From contig OZ271918.1 in NCBI GenBank assembly GCA_965602015.1, positions 3,200,001 through 3,264,000 of the forward strand: a stretch of DNA of 64,000 nt. Direction: 5' to 3'. This document shows, piece by piece, positions 1-9,022 of this stretch. Source of the stretch: Salinispira sp. Its GTDB lineage: Bacteria; Spirochaetota; Spirochaetia; DSM-27196; Salinispiraceae. The notes below the pieces were generated by a model. The model saw nothing but the letters and a program-made list of their open reading frames with translations, was not told the DNA's origin and made no database searches. The translations under genes and the position numbers were made by a program. Every line of letters begins with the position of its first letter. Position 1 is the stretch's first letter.

Positions 1-265
1 CGTTTACGATGAGCTGGCTCAGCCGCGAGGCATTCCCGAAAAACAGCACCGACAGCCCGTAACCCGATGAAACCACCGCCCAGAGGTACATGACCTGATC
101 AAAGCCGTAGCCGTTGAGTTCTCCTCCGATACGGTTGAGCAGTAACAGCCAAAAAAGGATAAAACTCGCGTTATTGAGCACCATGCCGAAAACCGAAATC
201 AGAAAAGCCCCGCGGTACTCCATGGCGGCTTTGAGGTTCGTGCGAAGATAGTTCAAAACAAGCAT
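1..265 (-). CDS. ABC-2 family (DUF990-type) permease, partial, runs off the window start
   Basis: Manual translation from ATG at 265: MLVLNYLRTNLKAAMEYRGAFLISVFGMVLNNASFILFW...; the 'MEYR..F' start is typical of these permeases; directly follows the stop of 267..1082. Confidence 0.8.
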   Translation of the reverse strand, partial: MLVLNYLRTNLKAAMEYRGAFLISVFGMVLNNASFILFWLLLLNRIGGELNGYGFDQVMYLWAVVSSGYGLSVLFFGNASRLSQLIVN

Positions 266-266
266 A

Positions 267-1082
267 TCATCCTCCGTTTGCTTCGAGCCGCTTCATGCCC
301 GCGCTAAACAGCGCCCGGGCCAACAGGGCGAAAAGGGCAAAATACAGAATCTGCCCCCCCAAAGCCCGAAACCACAGCGCTCCGTCGAAAGCCACCGTGA
401 GGCGCGCCGGCCAGTAGGTGATAAACGCAAACGGTAAATTTCGACTTATGCCCGCCAGCCATTCGGGAAACAGGTCTATGGGAAAAAACAGACCGCCGAG
501 GATAAACACCATCTTTTGTATGAGCAGATAAATCGGCAGCGATTCCTCCATCCAGAAAGAAAAAAGGCCGATTATGATCTGCAGCATGAGATGTATCAGC
601 AAACCGCCGAGCATAAGGACGATCCCCGGACCGATAGAGGCGGCGTATCCGGGAAGGGGACCGACCAGGAGGGCCGAGGCAACGGCGCCGATAACCAGCA
701 TGGGAACCATTGCCACCAGACTCTCCCCAAGCCCCCTCACCAAGTAAAACCACAGGTAATCATATGGGCGGACCAAGTTGTATGCGATAGTTCCTTCTTT
801 TACTTCTTCCTGAATCGGGGTCATTAAACGGCTCTTCGACATCTCCACCACTTCGGTAAAACTGAGGTACCACAGGATCTGCACCATGGTGAAACCCGCC
901 ACCAGTTCCCGGCCCGCATATACCACCCGCCAAATAGAGGTGAAAATGAACAGCACCAGGATAAAAAACAGATTCCTCACCATAATTGCCGTGAGATATT
1001 TTATTTGGGAACGAACCGCGGTGGTAAACACCCGGGGGTACAGAGCCATGGCCCCGGAAATCCCCTGTCTTAGGTCTCGCAT
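267..1082 (-). CDS. ABC-2 family (DUF990-type) permease
   Basis: ~6 hydrophobic segments; 'EEVKEGTIAYNLVRPY' and 'LGGLFFPIDLFPEW' motifs; overlaps the ATPase gene. Confidence 0.85.
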   Translation of the reverse strand: MRDLRQGISGAMALYPRVFTTAVRSQIKYLTAIMVRNLFFILVLFIFTSIWRVVYAGRELVAGFTMVQILWYLSFTEVVEMSKSRLMTPIQEEVKEGTIAYNLVRPYDYLWFYLVRGLGESLVAMVPMLVIGAVASALLVGPLPGYAASIGPGIVLMLGGLLIHLMLQIIIGLFSFWMEESLPIYLLIQKMVFILGGLFFPIDLFPEWLAGISRNLPFAFITYWPARLTVAFDGALWFRALGGQILYFALFALLARALFSAGMKRLEANGG

Positions 1083-2041
1083 AACTCCCCCTCGTATATT
1101 CGGGCAATCAGCTCCTCCATGGGAACCGATGATACGCCGAGATCGTGCACCTCGGTGCGCTCCATGAGGTACTTGAGCACATCCTGAACCGGAGTAACAG
1201 TAATCTGTACTTCGAGCTTAAGAGCCGCTTCCTTGCGCTTGAGAACCTGTACTCCAGGCAGGTCGATGTCCACCGGTGACTCGAGTTTCAGGCTGAGCAC
1301 CCGCTTGTCGAGAAGCCGGTATTTCAGATCGGTGGTTCTGCCGTCCCACACCAGCGCTCCCTCGTTGATTATCACCACCCGCCGACAGACATTTTCGATA
1401 TCTCCGACGTCATGGCTTGTGAGAAACACTGTGACCCCTTCCTCGCGGTTGATCTGCTTTATCAGTCGGCGCAGCTTCTGCTTCGCCACCAGGTCCAGAC
1501 CGATGCTCGGCTCATCGAGAAAGATGATTTCCGGACGGTGAATCAAGCTTCCGGCAATCTCACAGCGTATTCGCTGACCCAGGCTCAGTTTTCTAACCGG
1601 CTGATTGAGGTAATCGCCGATCTCCAGCACCTCGCTGAGAGAGTCGATGCGTTCCCGGGTTTGCGCCGCAGAAAGTCCGTAAATTGAACCCAGGAGGCGC
1701 AGGCTATCGATCGGGGGAAGGTGGTACCAGAGCTGGCTCTTCTGACCGAACACCGACCCGATCCTGTATGCCAGTTCCCGCCGCTGCCGGTGGGGATCAA
1801 GCCCCAGGACCGAAATTTCTCCCGAGTCGGGATACAGGATTCCCGTTATCAGCTTGATGGTGGTGGATTTTCCCGCGCCGTTCGGGCCTATGAAGGCAAG
1901 CAGTTCCCCTTTTTCGATTTCAAGATCGATGCCCTTGACAGCATCCACCCTGCGCTGGTCAGGGCGGAAGAACCCGCGAATGCCCGGTGTGGCAATCCTG
2001 TGTGAAAAACCCTTGCTAAGACCCCGTACTGACACTGCCAT
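1070..2041 (-). CDS. ABC exporter ATP-binding subunit
   Basis: Walker A GPNGAGKST, signature LSLGQ, Walker B IIFLDEP, H-loop TSHD; start moved to ATG 2041 after GAAGGAGA RBS. Confidence 0.92.
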   Translation of the reverse strand: MAVSVRGLSKGFSHRIATPGIRGFFRPDQRRVDAVKGIDLEIEKGELLAFIGPNGAGKSTTIKLITGILYPDSGEISVLGLDPHRQRRELAYRIGSVFGQKSQLWYHLPPIDSLRLLGSIYGLSAAQTRERIDSLSEVLEIGDYLNQPVRKLSLGQRIRCEIAGSLIHRPEIIFLDEPSIGLDLVAKQKLRRLIKQINREEGVTVFLTSHDVGDIENVCRRVVIINEGALVWDGRTTDLKYRLLDKRVLSLKLESPVDIDLPGVQVLKRKEAALKLEVQITVTPVQDVLKYLMERTEVHDLGVSSVPMEELIARIYEGELCET

Positions 2042-2089
2042 GTTGTCTCCTTCTGCTGATGGCTGCCCCGAAATCCATAACGCGGGTAT

Positions 2090-2124
2090 AAAAAAAGCCC
2101 GCGGAATGTAATCCGCGGGCTTTT
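2090..2124 (-). terminator. Intrinsic terminator in the 5' leader of the ABC operon (probable attenuator)
   Basis: Minus strand reads AAAAGCCCGCGGA-TTACAT-TCCGCGGGCTTTTTTT, about 50 nt upstream of the ATPase start. Confidence 0.8.
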
Positions 2125-2146
2125 GGTCTGCTGACTTCACAGCCGA

Positions 2147-2257
2147 CTACGCACAACCCACGGTACTCCTCTTTGCGACAATGACGCACGTCGCCTGATA
2201 GGCGTCTACGTCGATGAGGTGGTTGATCTGCTGTAGCGGCATGCTAAAATACATCAT
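2147..2257 (-). CDS. Putative leader peptide (31-36 aa) of the ABC operon
   Basis: Manual translation MMYFSMPLQQINHLIDVDAYQATCVIVAKRSTVGCA*; alternative start at 2242; ends 22 nt before the terminator and its last codons carry an antiterminator-like sequence. Confidence 0.55.
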   Translation of the reverse strand: MMYFSMPLQQINHLIDVDAYQATCVIVAKRSTVGCA

Positions 2258-2389
2258 AGTTTTTCCAATTCTTGTGAATAATCGACATCAATGCAAGGGA
2301 AAACCAGCGAAAAAACGCATATTTTAACGATTTTCAGAGAAATTGACCCGGGATTTGTGCACAACAAAGCCGACCATAGGAGATACAGC

Positions 2390-3139
2390 ATGAACATAGT
2401 ACTCACAGGTTCAAGAGGAACTCTGGCGCAGGCCCTCATTCCCCTTGCGAAAAAGCGCGGCTGGAACATCACCGCCTGGGACAGAAACGCCGTGAATCCC
2501 GAAGACAACGACGCCGGGAACGCCTGGCTCGAGTCCCAAAATCCCGACGCCATTTGCCACCTTGCAATGGGGTCCGAATACTGGGCTGGCCGCCTTGCAG
2601 GATTTGCGGCCTCCCGACGCATACCCTTCCTGTTCACCAGCTCTGTAATGGTATTTGACAACCGGAAAAGCGGACCATACCTTCCAACCCACAAACCCGA
2701 AACCGATGACGAGTACGGCCAATACAAAATACGCTGCGAGGATCAAATAATGGCGAACAACGACAACGCGGCTATTCTGAGATTGGGCTGGCAATTCGAC
2801 CACCGCCGGGGCGGGAACAATATGTACGCCCAGCTGCAAACCATGATGACCGAGGGAAACCACATAGATGCGTCCCGTTTGTGGATTCCCGCATGCAGTC
2901 ATATGGAGCACAGTTCGGAGATAATTCTCAATCTCATCAAGGAGGGGAGCCGGGGAATTTGGCATGCCGATGCCAATGCCAGATCCGGCCTGAGCTACCC
3001 CCACCTGCTTGAAACCCTGAACAGCCGCTACGGGATGGGGCTTCGATTTCAGGAAAATGAGGATTACTCTCACGATCAGCGCATGGACGATCCGCGCCTG
3101 GAGCTGCCGCCGCCGGCGACTTGGCCGCTAGGCTCCTAA
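2390..3139 (+). CDS. RmlD-like sugar-nucleotide NAD(P)-dependent reductase (extended SDR)
   Basis: MNIVLTGSRGTLA Rossmann start, 'FTSSVMVFD', YGQYK (YxxxK); AGGAG RBS before ATG 2390. Confidence 0.75.
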   Translation: MNIVLTGSRGTLAQALIPLAKKRGWNITAWDRNAVNPEDNDAGNAWLESQNPDAICHLAMGSEYWAGRLAGFAASRRIPFLFTSSVMVFDNRKSGPYLPTHKPETDDEYGQYKIRCEDQIMANNDNAAILRLGWQFDHRRGGNNMYAQLQTMMTEGNHIDASRLWIPACSHMEHSSEIILNLIKEGSRGIWHADANARSGLSYPHLLETLNSRYGMGLRFQENEDYSHDQRMDDPRLELPPPATWPLGS

Positions 3140-4335
3140 TTTCCGGCGTCGGGGGTAATCACCCTTGATTCATCGGGGGCAGTGCTTTCATCTTCCCGCG
3201 GATAGCCGAGCTGGTCCACGATGTGACCCCAGTACTGGTTGACCGCCGAGACGATTTTCCGGCCGAGGATATGGCTGTTCGGCCGGTATGCGGCCTGGCG
3301 GTCGGCGTATTCCCGCATGGGCGCCCTGGCATCCTCGAAGCCCTGAAGTCCCAGATCGCGGTATATCGTTTCCATATGTTCCATCGGTGTTTTGAGAAAG
3401 TCCTCGTACTTCACCTCAACCAGATTCCCCTCGGGGATGAGAGATTTCTGTTCATTGAAGCAGGCGTACATCTCGGCGTAATTCTCCAGAATGCAGGTGT
3501 TGATTTCTTGGAGATCCCAGTCCTGCACCGTATAAATCGATATAACATCGTCGTGGTATCGGACATTCGAGGAATAAATCTTGTAAGGGTTGCGATATAT
3601 GTGAACGAATTTCGCGTTCGGGTACATTCCAAGAAGGTGTTTTATCCTGAAGGTTGCAGTGGGATTTTTATAGACGATCTGTCTGCCTTCAAAGGCTGCA
3701 GTAAGTTTTTTGGTGAACCAGGCGAACCGCTTTTTCCAGCGGACCAGGTCTTTCGGCAAGCCTCGAAAGCTGTTATAGCGGGAATAAAGCCTGAAATTCC
3801 GCGGCCAGACAAAGCCGTTGTAGATGCTGTACTTCTCGTAGGCCCCGATAGAGTATTCCTCTTCGGTGGGCTCCTCGGGAGTCATAACCACATTGTCCAT
3901 CGGGCGGGCTTCGGGAATGCTCATTTTTACAATCCACCGGGCGAGCCGCGGAAATCCGAGGAATATAGTCGGAAGATAGCCCTCTACATTGGAAACGTAG
4001 CCCCGATTGGGATCCTTGGAAAAAAGCGTGATGAGGTAAGTTGCTCCCGAGCGGTAATACCCGATGACAAACACCGGATCTTCCCTGATTTCCGTACGGG
4101 CAATCCGCCGGACCGTAAACATCCATTCGAGGATGCGCAACGGCAAAAGCAACAGGCTTACGCCCAGGCCGTACAGGAAACGCCATACATAGCGCCGGTC
4201 CACCGCAAAGCGGTTTTGCCAAAGGAGGCGCAGGATATTGGCAAGGGTGTAGCCCGCCATAATCTCTTCCTCGACATTTACCCTGTCGAGCCGGCCGCTG
4301 TCGCTGCCCATGCTGTCTTCGGGAGTTTTACTCAC
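3136..4335 (-). CDS. Sulfotransferase family protein (Stf3/Sulfotransfer_3-like)
   Basis: PVFVIGYYRSGAT (5'-PSB-like), 'YKNP', 'KFVHIYRNPY..YSS' (3'-PB), 'VKYEDF'. Confidence 0.8.
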   Translation of the reverse strand: MSKTPEDSMGSDSGRLDRVNVEEEIMAGYTLANILRLLWQNRFAVDRRYVWRFLYGLGVSLLLLPLRILEWMFTVRRIARTEIREDPVFVIGYYRSGATYLITLFSKDPNRGYVSNVEGYLPTIFLGFPRLARWIVKMSIPEARPMDNVVMTPEEPTEEEYSIGAYEKYSIYNGFVWPRNFRLYSRYNSFRGLPKDLVRWKKRFAWFTKKLTAAFEGRQIVYKNPTATFRIKHLLGMYPNAKFVHIYRNPYKIYSSNVRYHDDVISIYTVQDWDLQEINTCILENYAEMYACFNEQKSLIPEGNLVEVKYEDFLKTPMEHMETIYRDLGLQGFEDARAPMREYADRQAAYRPNSHILGRKIVSAVNQYWGHIVDQLGYPREDESTAPDESRVITPDAGN

Positions 4336-4337
4336 AG

Positions 4338-5138
4338 CTACTGCTCCTTTAAGCCGTAGAGCCCGGCAGCCTTTTTTTTGAGGCTGTCGATAAATCTTGT
4401 GGCTTCCGCTCCGTCAATCAGATCGTGATCCACCGTTAACGTGGCCGAAAGGATGTCCCTGGGAACGATTTCGTTCCCCACCACCGCAGGCTGCCGTGCC
4501 ACCCCTCCGACGACGAAATTCACTGCATGGGGGGTAAACGGAACGGCCCATCCGTTGCCCCGGGCAAACATGCCCACAGCGGTGAAGCTGACAGTTCCGA
4601 ACATTTTTCTCTTGAGTATGGGGTTTCGCAACAGGATGATACGCAGTACCGCTACCCGGATGAAGCGGGGAAGCCGGGCGGCAATGTTTTTCACATCTAA
4701 TGGCTTTTTGCCGCTGAAAAGTTGTGGATCGACACCGTGGGCCGCATCGTCAACTTCATCCATCAATTGGGAGAGGCTGAGATTCTGGGCCCCGCGGATA
4801 ATCCTGGTAGTCGCCGACGGCCTGCCGTCCAGCATCCGCTCGACGATTACCGCGCAATCCACTTCTTCGAAGTCAACGTAACGCCGCCGGCCGTACAAGG
4901 CCCGCTGCATCACCGGAGTTTCCCCCAGGGCCCGAACGTATAAAAACAGAAAATAAACAGACAACGACAGAGAACGGCCGTGGCGACGGCGCCAGGAGCG
5001 CACCGCAGAACGAATTTCGGTCACGTCAAAATCGAATAGGGCGCTGATATTGTGTTTCTTCGCCGCCTGACCCATGTAGTCGATGATTCCAAGCCGCGAA
5101 GCCGGGAGCCTGCCGACGCTATATCCGTTTTTCTTCAT
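4338..5138 (-). CDS. Stand-alone 2-oxoacid dehydrogenase E2-type acyltransferase catalytic domain
   Basis: 'LTVDHDLIDGAEATRF' (DHxxxDG catalytic motif) and 'GTVSFTAVG'; no lipoyl or E3-binding domain; start 5138 or 5162. Confidence 0.8.
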   Translation of the reverse strand: MKKNGYSVGRLPASRLGIIDYMGQAAKKHNISALFDFDVTEIRSAVRSWRRRHGRSLSLSVYFLFLYVRALGETPVMQRALYGRRRYVDFEEVDCAVIVERMLDGRPSATTRIIRGAQNLSLSQLMDEVDDAAHGVDPQLFSGKKPLDVKNIAARLPRFIRVAVLRIILLRNPILKRKMFGTVSFTAVGMFARGNGWAVPFTPHAVNFVVGGVARQPAVVGNEIVPRDILSATLTVDHDLIDGAEATRFIDSLKKKAAGLYGLKEQ

Positions 5139-5209
5139 ATTGCCGATCCCGGGGAGAAGCATACTCCCCTTTCACCCCGGGCGCAATAACATGTGAATAG
5201 CCTTGCCCG

Positions 5210-6196
5210 CTACTCTATCAGGTCCCGGTGGCCGTCGAGCACCGCTTCGACCCTGGAAATTATTTCTTCCTGATTAGAAGCGTCGGCCGCTGCGGCATTG
5301 GCCTTCACATGTTCAGCCGAGCGCGCACCGGCAATTACCGACCCCACCCCCGGTACCCGCATAGTCCATAACAGCGCAAGCTGGGCGAGGCTCAGGGCGG
5401 CATCTTTCGCGATGGGCCGAAGCTTGTCCAGGATTTCCAGGTATTTTCCCCGGTTCTCACCGTTGAGCCGGCTGTTGTGCTGCCTCACATCCCCTTCAGC
5501 GAACCTGTCGTTGGCTCCGATTCCTCCGGCGAGCATGCCCTGCATAAGCGGCGAATAGGGCAGCATGGCCATTCCTTCCCGCCGTACGATGGGAAGAATC
5601 TCAGATTTCATCCGGTATTGCAGATCGATTGAGTGATAGCGCTCGGGGTTTTGCTCGAACATATTGAACAGTCCCTGGTACGCATCGATTCCGATGGCAT
5701 TGTGGGCGTATTCCAGATCTTCGGCGGAAAAATTACTGAGACCGAGAAACCGGACCTTCCCGCTTTTCCGCACAGAATCGATGGCTGCAAGGGTTTCGTC
5801 CAGGGGGTAATCCGCACTGGGCCAGTGGACCTGCCACAAATCCAGGTAATCGCAACCCAGCCTTTTGAGACTCTCATCGATCTCATTCACAAGGCTTTCC
5901 CGGCTGAGATCATTCCTGACCTGCTTTTTATCATTCCATACGAGACCGCATTTGCTGGCCAAGAAAACCTGTTTCCTTCGGCTGCCCCGTATGGCCTTGC
6001 CCACCAGCTCTTCGGCGACGCCGAGACCGTACACCGGGGCCGTATCGATAAAGCGAATTCCCTGGTCCACCGCAGTCTGAACGGTCTCCACGTAAGAACG
6101 TTCATCCATTTCGCCCCAGGCACCGCTGATGCCCCAGCTTCCGAAACCTATACCGCTGACCTCCCCGTCGAAGCGGGGCACATGCTGCATTTTCAT
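5210..6196 (-). CDS. Aldo/keto reductase
   Basis: 'IDTAPVYG', 'LASKCG', 'DLWQVHWP', 'GLSNF', 'PYSPLMQG'; GAGGAG RBS before ATG 6196. Confidence 0.92.
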   Translation of the reverse strand: MKMQHVPRFDGEVSGIGFGSWGISGAWGEMDERSYVETVQTAVDQGIRFIDTAPVYGLGVAEELVGKAIRGSRRKQVFLASKCGLVWNDKKQVRNDLSRESLVNEIDESLKRLGCDYLDLWQVHWPSADYPLDETLAAIDSVRKSGKVRFLGLSNFSAEDLEYAHNAIGIDAYQGLFNMFEQNPERYHSIDLQYRMKSEILPIVRREGMAMLPYSPLMQGMLAGGIGANDRFAEGDVRQHNSRLNGENRGKYLEILDKLRPIAKDAALSLAQLALLWTMRVPGVGSVIAGARSAEHVKANAAAADASNQEEIISRVEAVLDGHRDLIE

Positions 6197-6219
6197 AAAG
6201 ACTCCTCTGTGCAGAAATA

Positions 6220-6260
6220 GCCCTTGAATAGTAGTACGCATTGTACTACTATTCAAGGGC
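6220..6260. promoter_or_regulatory. Perfect 18-bp inverted repeat encoding TTGAAT-N17-TACTAT on both strands; probable TrmB operator
   Basis: GCCCTTGAATAGTAGTAC-GCATT-GTACTACTATTCAAGGGC between the divergent AKR and TrmB genes. Confidence 0.75.
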
Positions 6261-6261
6261 C

Positions 6262-7059
6262 ATGGACGACATTATTCGACAGATGCAAGTGCTAGGTTTC
6301 AGTCCCCAGGAAGCAAAGGTTTACCTCAGTCTTCTCAGAGGCGGCAGGCGGACCGGCTATCAGATTGCCAAGGACCTGGGTCTAAACCGCTCCGGGGTAT
6401 ACGGAACCCTTCAGGCGCTGTACAACCGGGGTGCGGTTTATCTGGTCCCCGGCGAGACCCGGGAATACCAGGCCAGGGATCCCGAGGATCTGATCGGAGA
6501 AATCCGGAAGACCTTCGATGCCGCCGCCGAGGACGCAAGCCAGCGGCTCAAGTCCTTCAGCGGCGCAGCGGAAAACGAGCTGTTCTTTAATATCCGCGGC
6601 AAGGATCAGCTGATGATAAAAATCAGGGAGCTTATCGCGGACAGCTCCCGGGAAATTCTCATTAACAGCGACATTCCCGTTGCCGAGTTCGAACCGGAAT
6701 TAAGCCTTGCCTGCCGGCGAGGGGTGAAGGTGATCATGTTTTCCTTCTATCCCCAGGATGTTGGCGACATTCCCATAACATTCATCCAGGCGGGAACGAG
6801 GCCCGACGCAGCGAATCCCCGCTGCGGGGGGAATTCCCGAATAATGCTTACTGCCGACATGAAGCGCTGCATTCTCGGGGGGCTTTCCCAGGGAGATTTC
6901 ACCGCGACATTCAGCTCAAACCCGCTATTGATTTCGGTAATCGCCGAGCACATACATATAGACAGCTACTTGCTCTCCATGCGCACGCAGGCCGGGATGG
7001 ACCGCATCCCCAATAAAATGCTTATGGGAACTTTATTAGAAAAGGAGAATGAAGTATGA
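6262..7059 (+). CDS. TrmB family transcriptional regulator
   Basis: 'LGFSPQEAKVYLSLL...TGYQIAKDLGLNRSGVYGTLQAL' wHTH followed by a PLD-like effector domain. Confidence 0.88.
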   Translation: MDDIIRQMQVLGFSPQEAKVYLSLLRGGRRTGYQIAKDLGLNRSGVYGTLQALYNRGAVYLVPGETREYQARDPEDLIGEIRKTFDAAAEDASQRLKSFSGAAENELFFNIRGKDQLMIKIRELIADSSREILINSDIPVAEFEPELSLACRRGVKVIMFSFYPQDVGDIPITFIQAGTRPDAANPRCGGNSRIMLTADMKRCILGGLSQGDFTATFSSNPLLISVIAEHIHIDSYLLSMRTQAGMDRIPNKMLMGTLLEKENEV

Positions 7060-8879
7060 GTCACAACAGCATTCCGACCATTGTATTCGACATCACCCCT
7101 GATCATATACAACCGTTTTTTCCCAAAAGAAAGGAAACGGTTACCTTTGCCGTTCTGGTGAAAGGCAGCATCGAGGAACTCATCCTCCAGGGCATGTTTC
7201 AGGGCACCATCCGGAACTACCGTTTCGAGGCTGACGGGAAGCCCCGGGACGGCTGGCAGCGCTACCGCTGCAGCCTTGAGTTCCCTGAAAAGAAGCTCTA
7301 CTTCCATCTGGTGTATAAGGACAACGTCAGATACCGCTATGTCTCCCAGAAGGGACACGGTGACTACCCGCCGGCTCAAAACGACAGCTGGTTATTGATG
7401 TTCGATTTCCAGGCACCCCGATGGCTGGGCGACACGGTCTTCTACCAGATCTTCCCCGACCGGTTCCGCAACGGCAACCCTGATATCGGAGTACGGGACG
7501 GCGAATATCAGTTCGACGGGGGTACCAGTCAGGAGGTGCCATGGAAGTCCCGGCCGTTAGAATGGGACGCCGGAAGATGCATCGATTTTTACAACGGTGA
7601 TTTGGATGGCATCATCCAGGCTATTCCTCATTTCAAGAAACTGGGGGTGAACGCCCTGTACCTCAATCCGATCTTCCACTCACGCACTCACCACCGCTAT
7701 GATTCCATCGACTTTTTCTCGGTAGATCCACACCTGGGAGGCGATGAGGCCCTAGCCCGGCTCAGCGAAGCTCTGCACGCCGAGGGAATAAAGCTCATCC
7801 TGGATATATCGATAAACCACAGCGGTTCCGATCATCCCTGGTTCGTCGAAGGCAAGGCAGGCGGACCCACCAGGGAGTTCTATTATTTCGATGATAATAA
7901 CGAGTACCTGGCCTGGTACGGCTTTTCCACCCTGCCCCAGCTCAATTACCGCAGTGAAAAACTACGGGGAAGAATGTGGCGGGACGCCGATTCGGTGCTG
8001 CGCAAATACCTCAAGCCGCCCTACTCGATTGACGGCTGGCGCTTTGACGTTGCCAACCAGACAGGCCGGAATCACATGGACAACTTCAGCGAGGAAATAT
8101 GGCGCGAAGTGCGCGCAGCCATTAAAGAGGAGAATCCTCAGGCCTACGTCCTGGCAGAGCACTGGGACGACGGTTCGGACATGCTCGACGGCGACCACTG
8201 GGACGCGATTATGAATTATTTCGGATGCGGCCGTCCCATAAGGGCCTGGTTCGGCGAGCAGGACCGGTATCTCACCCTTCCTGCGGAATACCCTCCACGG
8301 AAAACCGAGCCCCTGTCCAACGAGGGATTCGCCGAGTTCCTCAGCCAGAGCCTGCGGGGGATGCCCTCCCAGGCGCGCTTTCTCCAGTTCAATGTGATGG
8401 ATACCCATGACATCTCCCGGTTCCACAACAACCCGGATACCTACAGCAGGGAGAACCTCAGGGCAGCTTTGACCGTTCAATTCATGCTCCCCGGCGCACC
8501 GGTGGTGTATTACGGCGATGAGGTCCTGCTCGACGGTCACCTCGAATCCTGTGAAGGTGTCCGTTACCCCATGGAATGGGATGTAGAACTCTGGGACAGG
8601 GAGACCTTCGACTTCTATAGGGAGCTCATCGAGCTTCGGAAAAATCATGAAGCGTTAAAATGGGGTTCCTTCAAAATTCTCCATAAAGATATACACTTTT
8701 TGGTTCTGGCGAGATATACTTTTAAGCACTGCGTCATAGGGGTCATCAACAGAAGCCCCGAGGCGAGGAGCATATCGATCCCCATGGATTCGCTTCCCCC
8801 TGGGCTTAGCGAATCGGATACGCTCACCCTATCGCTTTCGGGGTACGAAAGCAGGCTTATCCCCCAAATAAGCCGCTGA
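7056..8879 (+). CDS. GH13 cytoplasmic maltodextrin glucosidase / neopullulanase-like enzyme
   Basis: FYQIFPDRF, LYLNPIF, DISINH, GWRFDVA, LAEHW, MDTHD, YYGDE; ATGA-coupled to trmB; no signal peptide. Confidence 0.9.
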   Translation: MSHNSIPTIVFDITPDHIQPFFPKRKETVTFAVLVKGSIEELILQGMFQGTIRNYRFEADGKPRDGWQRYRCSLEFPEKKLYFHLVYKDNVRYRYVSQKGHGDYPPAQNDSWLLMFDFQAPRWLGDTVFYQIFPDRFRNGNPDIGVRDGEYQFDGGTSQEVPWKSRPLEWDAGRCIDFYNGDLDGIIQAIPHFKKLGVNALYLNPIFHSRTHHRYDSIDFFSVDPHLGGDEALARLSEALHAEGIKLILDISINHSGSDHPWFVEGKAGGPTREFYYFDDNNEYLAWYGFSTLPQLNYRSEKLRGRMWRDADSVLRKYLKPPYSIDGWRFDVANQTGRNHMDNFSEEIWREVRAAIKEENPQAYVLAEHWDDGSDMLDGDHWDAIMNYFGCGRPIRAWFGEQDRYLTLPAEYPPRKTEPLSNEGFAEFLSQSLRGMPSQARFLQFNVMDTHDISRFHNNPDTYSRENLRAALTVQFMLPGAPVVYYGDEVLLDGHLESCEGVRYPMEWDVELWDRETFDFYRELIELRKNHEALKWGSFKILHKDIHFLVLARYTFKHCVIGVINRSPEARSISIPMDSLPPGLSESDTLTLSLSGYESRLIPQISR

Positions 8880-8905
8880 TGATTCGACGCAGTACCCCTT
8901 GATGC

Positions 8906-8942
8906 GGCAGTCCGTCTGTCTTTGCGGCGGGCTGCCTTTTTT
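8906..8942 (+). terminator. Intrinsic terminator
   Basis: GGCAGTCCGTC...GGCGGGCTGCC followed by TTTTTT after the GH13 gene. Confidence 0.7.
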
Positions 8943-8958
8943 GCCTCCACAATTGCGC

Positions 8959-9007
8959 TTGTGAAAAACGTGTTTCAGCCATATAATAGTGGAAACGTTT
9001 CCACTAT
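8959..9007 (+). promoter_or_regulatory. Sigma70 promoter with overlapping LacI operator O1
   Basis: TTGTGA-N17-TATAAT (8959-8987) overlapped by the perfect 22-bp palindrome ATAGTGGAAACGTTTCCACTAT (8986-9007). Confidence 0.85.
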
Positions 9008-9022
9008 CAGGAGCCCGGGCTC

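Noticed and set aside
2272..2289. Rex-like half site TTGTGAA
   Set aside because: The second half-site does not match
3223..4359. 378-aa plus-strand ORF and similar long antisense ORFs (e.g. 13246-14064, 14560-15435, 21950-22789, 34951-35709, 48580-49350, 55282-56070)
   Set aside because: They are shadows of well-supported genes on the opposite strand, expected from GC-rich codon bias, with no recognisable motifs
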